Part shown: positions 62,712-64,000 of the stretch, piece after piece
Layout of the letters: each line of letters opens with the position of its first letter
How positions within the stretch are numbered: position 1 is the stretch's first letter
From: Phoronis australis
Taxonomy: Eukaryota > Animalia > Phoronida
Length of the DNA: 64,000 bases
Direction: 5' to 3'
Assembly: GCA_002633005.1 (NCBI GenBank)
Contig: NMRA01000892.1
Coordinates: 1-64,000, forward strand
Made by a program: the position numbers and the translations under genes
The notes under the pieces: generated by a model
Databases searched by the model: none
Seen by the model: only the letters and a program-made list of their open reading frames with translations
Told to the model about the DNA's origin: nothing

Positions 62712-62870
62712 AGATGACAATATCGATGACAGTTTTAACACCTTATATCAATGTTACCGTTCTCCAACGTTATCACGAACCCTGCCTCTTTCAGTTCTTG
62801 TGCCTGGATTCAGAAGTAACCCTGAACCATAGGGGAAAAGACATACAACGAAAACGCAATCAAATTTTGA
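62618..62870 (-). pseudogene. Intronless PHD-like zinc-finger ORF remnant (copy 2)
   Basis: (C)FRC...QAQELKEAGFVITLENGNIDIRC*NCHRYCHLLCFHPTFPDENLNEEDFQHLSEHGILCDLC-stop gives C..C / C..C....H..C / C..C spacing; two stops and a frameshift. Confidence 0.6.
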
Positions 62871-63194
62871 AAATCCTCGCTTTAGTACGATTGCCGGTGT
62901 TGCTGTCGCCAGACTAATATTCCTCCCCAACATCAATGTCGAAAATCGACGTTACAAGTGATGGAAACTTGTGTCCTTTGTTTCTAACTTTTAACCAATT
63001 TTAAGAAAGGGGTGTACTGATTTTGTCTAACGTTGATAGAGCATAACTTTTGGTTTTTACAGTGCATTAATTGTGTTGAATGCATTCATATTAGGTGGCT
63101 TCATTCAGTTGAAGAGAAAATAAATTAAATGTAACACAATAAAGTTTTGAAAATAAATAGAACAGCAACAGGACTCCCTAAAAATCGAGCTGTT

Positions 63195-63251
63195 TTCGAA
63201 AACTTTGCGCCATTGGTGATCTGATTGGTTCATGCATTTACGGCGGGAAAA
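63195..63251 (-). promoter_or_regulatory. Cell-cycle-type promoter motifs (E2F, two CCAAT boxes, CHR-like)
   Basis: Minus strand TTTTCCCGCC (63242-63251), CCAAT x2 (63224-63228, 63212-63216), then GGCGC-AAAG-TTTTCGAA; oriented toward the PHD-like ORF. Confidence 0.4.
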
Positions 63252-64000
63252 TAATAGACCAAGTATCGTGCACGTGTGCACTGTTGCAACACTTTGTATT
63301 TCATTCTTATTTGGGCCAATCTGTTGATACAGTAAATTTCCTCATTTATGCCCGTCCTGATTTGACGGCAACTTGAGCTTGTTGGGTTCTATCATATATT
63401 GGGTTGGCATTGGGACCTACATGATGCTTACTCGAATGGGCTTCATTTTACCAAGTATTTCAAATTGAGGTGAAGTAAAATAAGCAAAGTGGGTGACTAT
63501 CATCACCAGAATTTCATCATTAGTATCTTTTGCCGGGTGCTTAAATTTTCTGAGACCAGGGATTGTAAGATTTGTAAGGTAGAAGTGTTTCGCTGGATTT
63601 CCAGGTCTGTGGCGTTAATTAAAAACCATACCTTTGTTTAAATCAGGAGCTGCACGACACACATTTATTAGACGTACGCAGGCATTGCACTGATCGATGA
63701 TCACTTATCCTTTATGCACGGGACCCTTTTGTTACGTTAGGAGTGGAATTGGCTCCTTATGTACCCTACAGGTGGCATAGGACTTTACAAAACTGGTTGA
63801 AGAATTTTGTTTTCGTCATAAACTTTCGTTTGAATGGCTTAAGTTTGGAAATGTTAGGACTTAAGGCGGAAACTTAAAAACCATTTGTCCGCTTACAAAA
63901 ATTTAACACTGAAGAATAAAAACAACCTTCACACCCCTCTGGTGTTCCTGTTCCATGTTTTCAAAGAAGTTGGTTGCGTTTTCATAGACTACAGTCGAGA

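Overview
AT-rich eukaryotic (most likely marine invertebrate, metazoan) draft-assembly window with spliceosomal introns, a 184-N gap and several single-N contig joins. There is no intact protein-coding gene; almost all the six-frame ORFs are noise. Recognisable host-type sequence is limited to one orphan PKMYT1 (Myt1 kinase) exon and a two-exon pseudogene fragment of a sulfoquinovosidase (YihQ-like GH31). The rest is a dense, nested set of mobile elements: a full-length Sola3-like transposon with TTAA TSD, CR1/L2-, Tx1- and RTE-X-like LINE remnants, Penelope remnants with minimal hammerhead ribozymes, nested Kolobok-like elements, an Academ-like remnant, a family of MITEs with 5-bp TSDs (hAT5-like), a KDZ/Zisupton-like transposase relic and a P-like/THAP element. 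The most unusual signal is a non-histone, intronless PHD-like zinc-finger ORF remnant, present twice inside a transposon-like duplicated unit. Its stop codon is followed immediately by two tandem replication-dependent histone 3' stem-loops, and the longer copy has an E2F/CCAAT/CHR-like upstream region. This suggests mobile-element cargo expressed through the histone mRNA (SLBP/U7) pathway. All family assignments come from manual motif recognition, not database searches.
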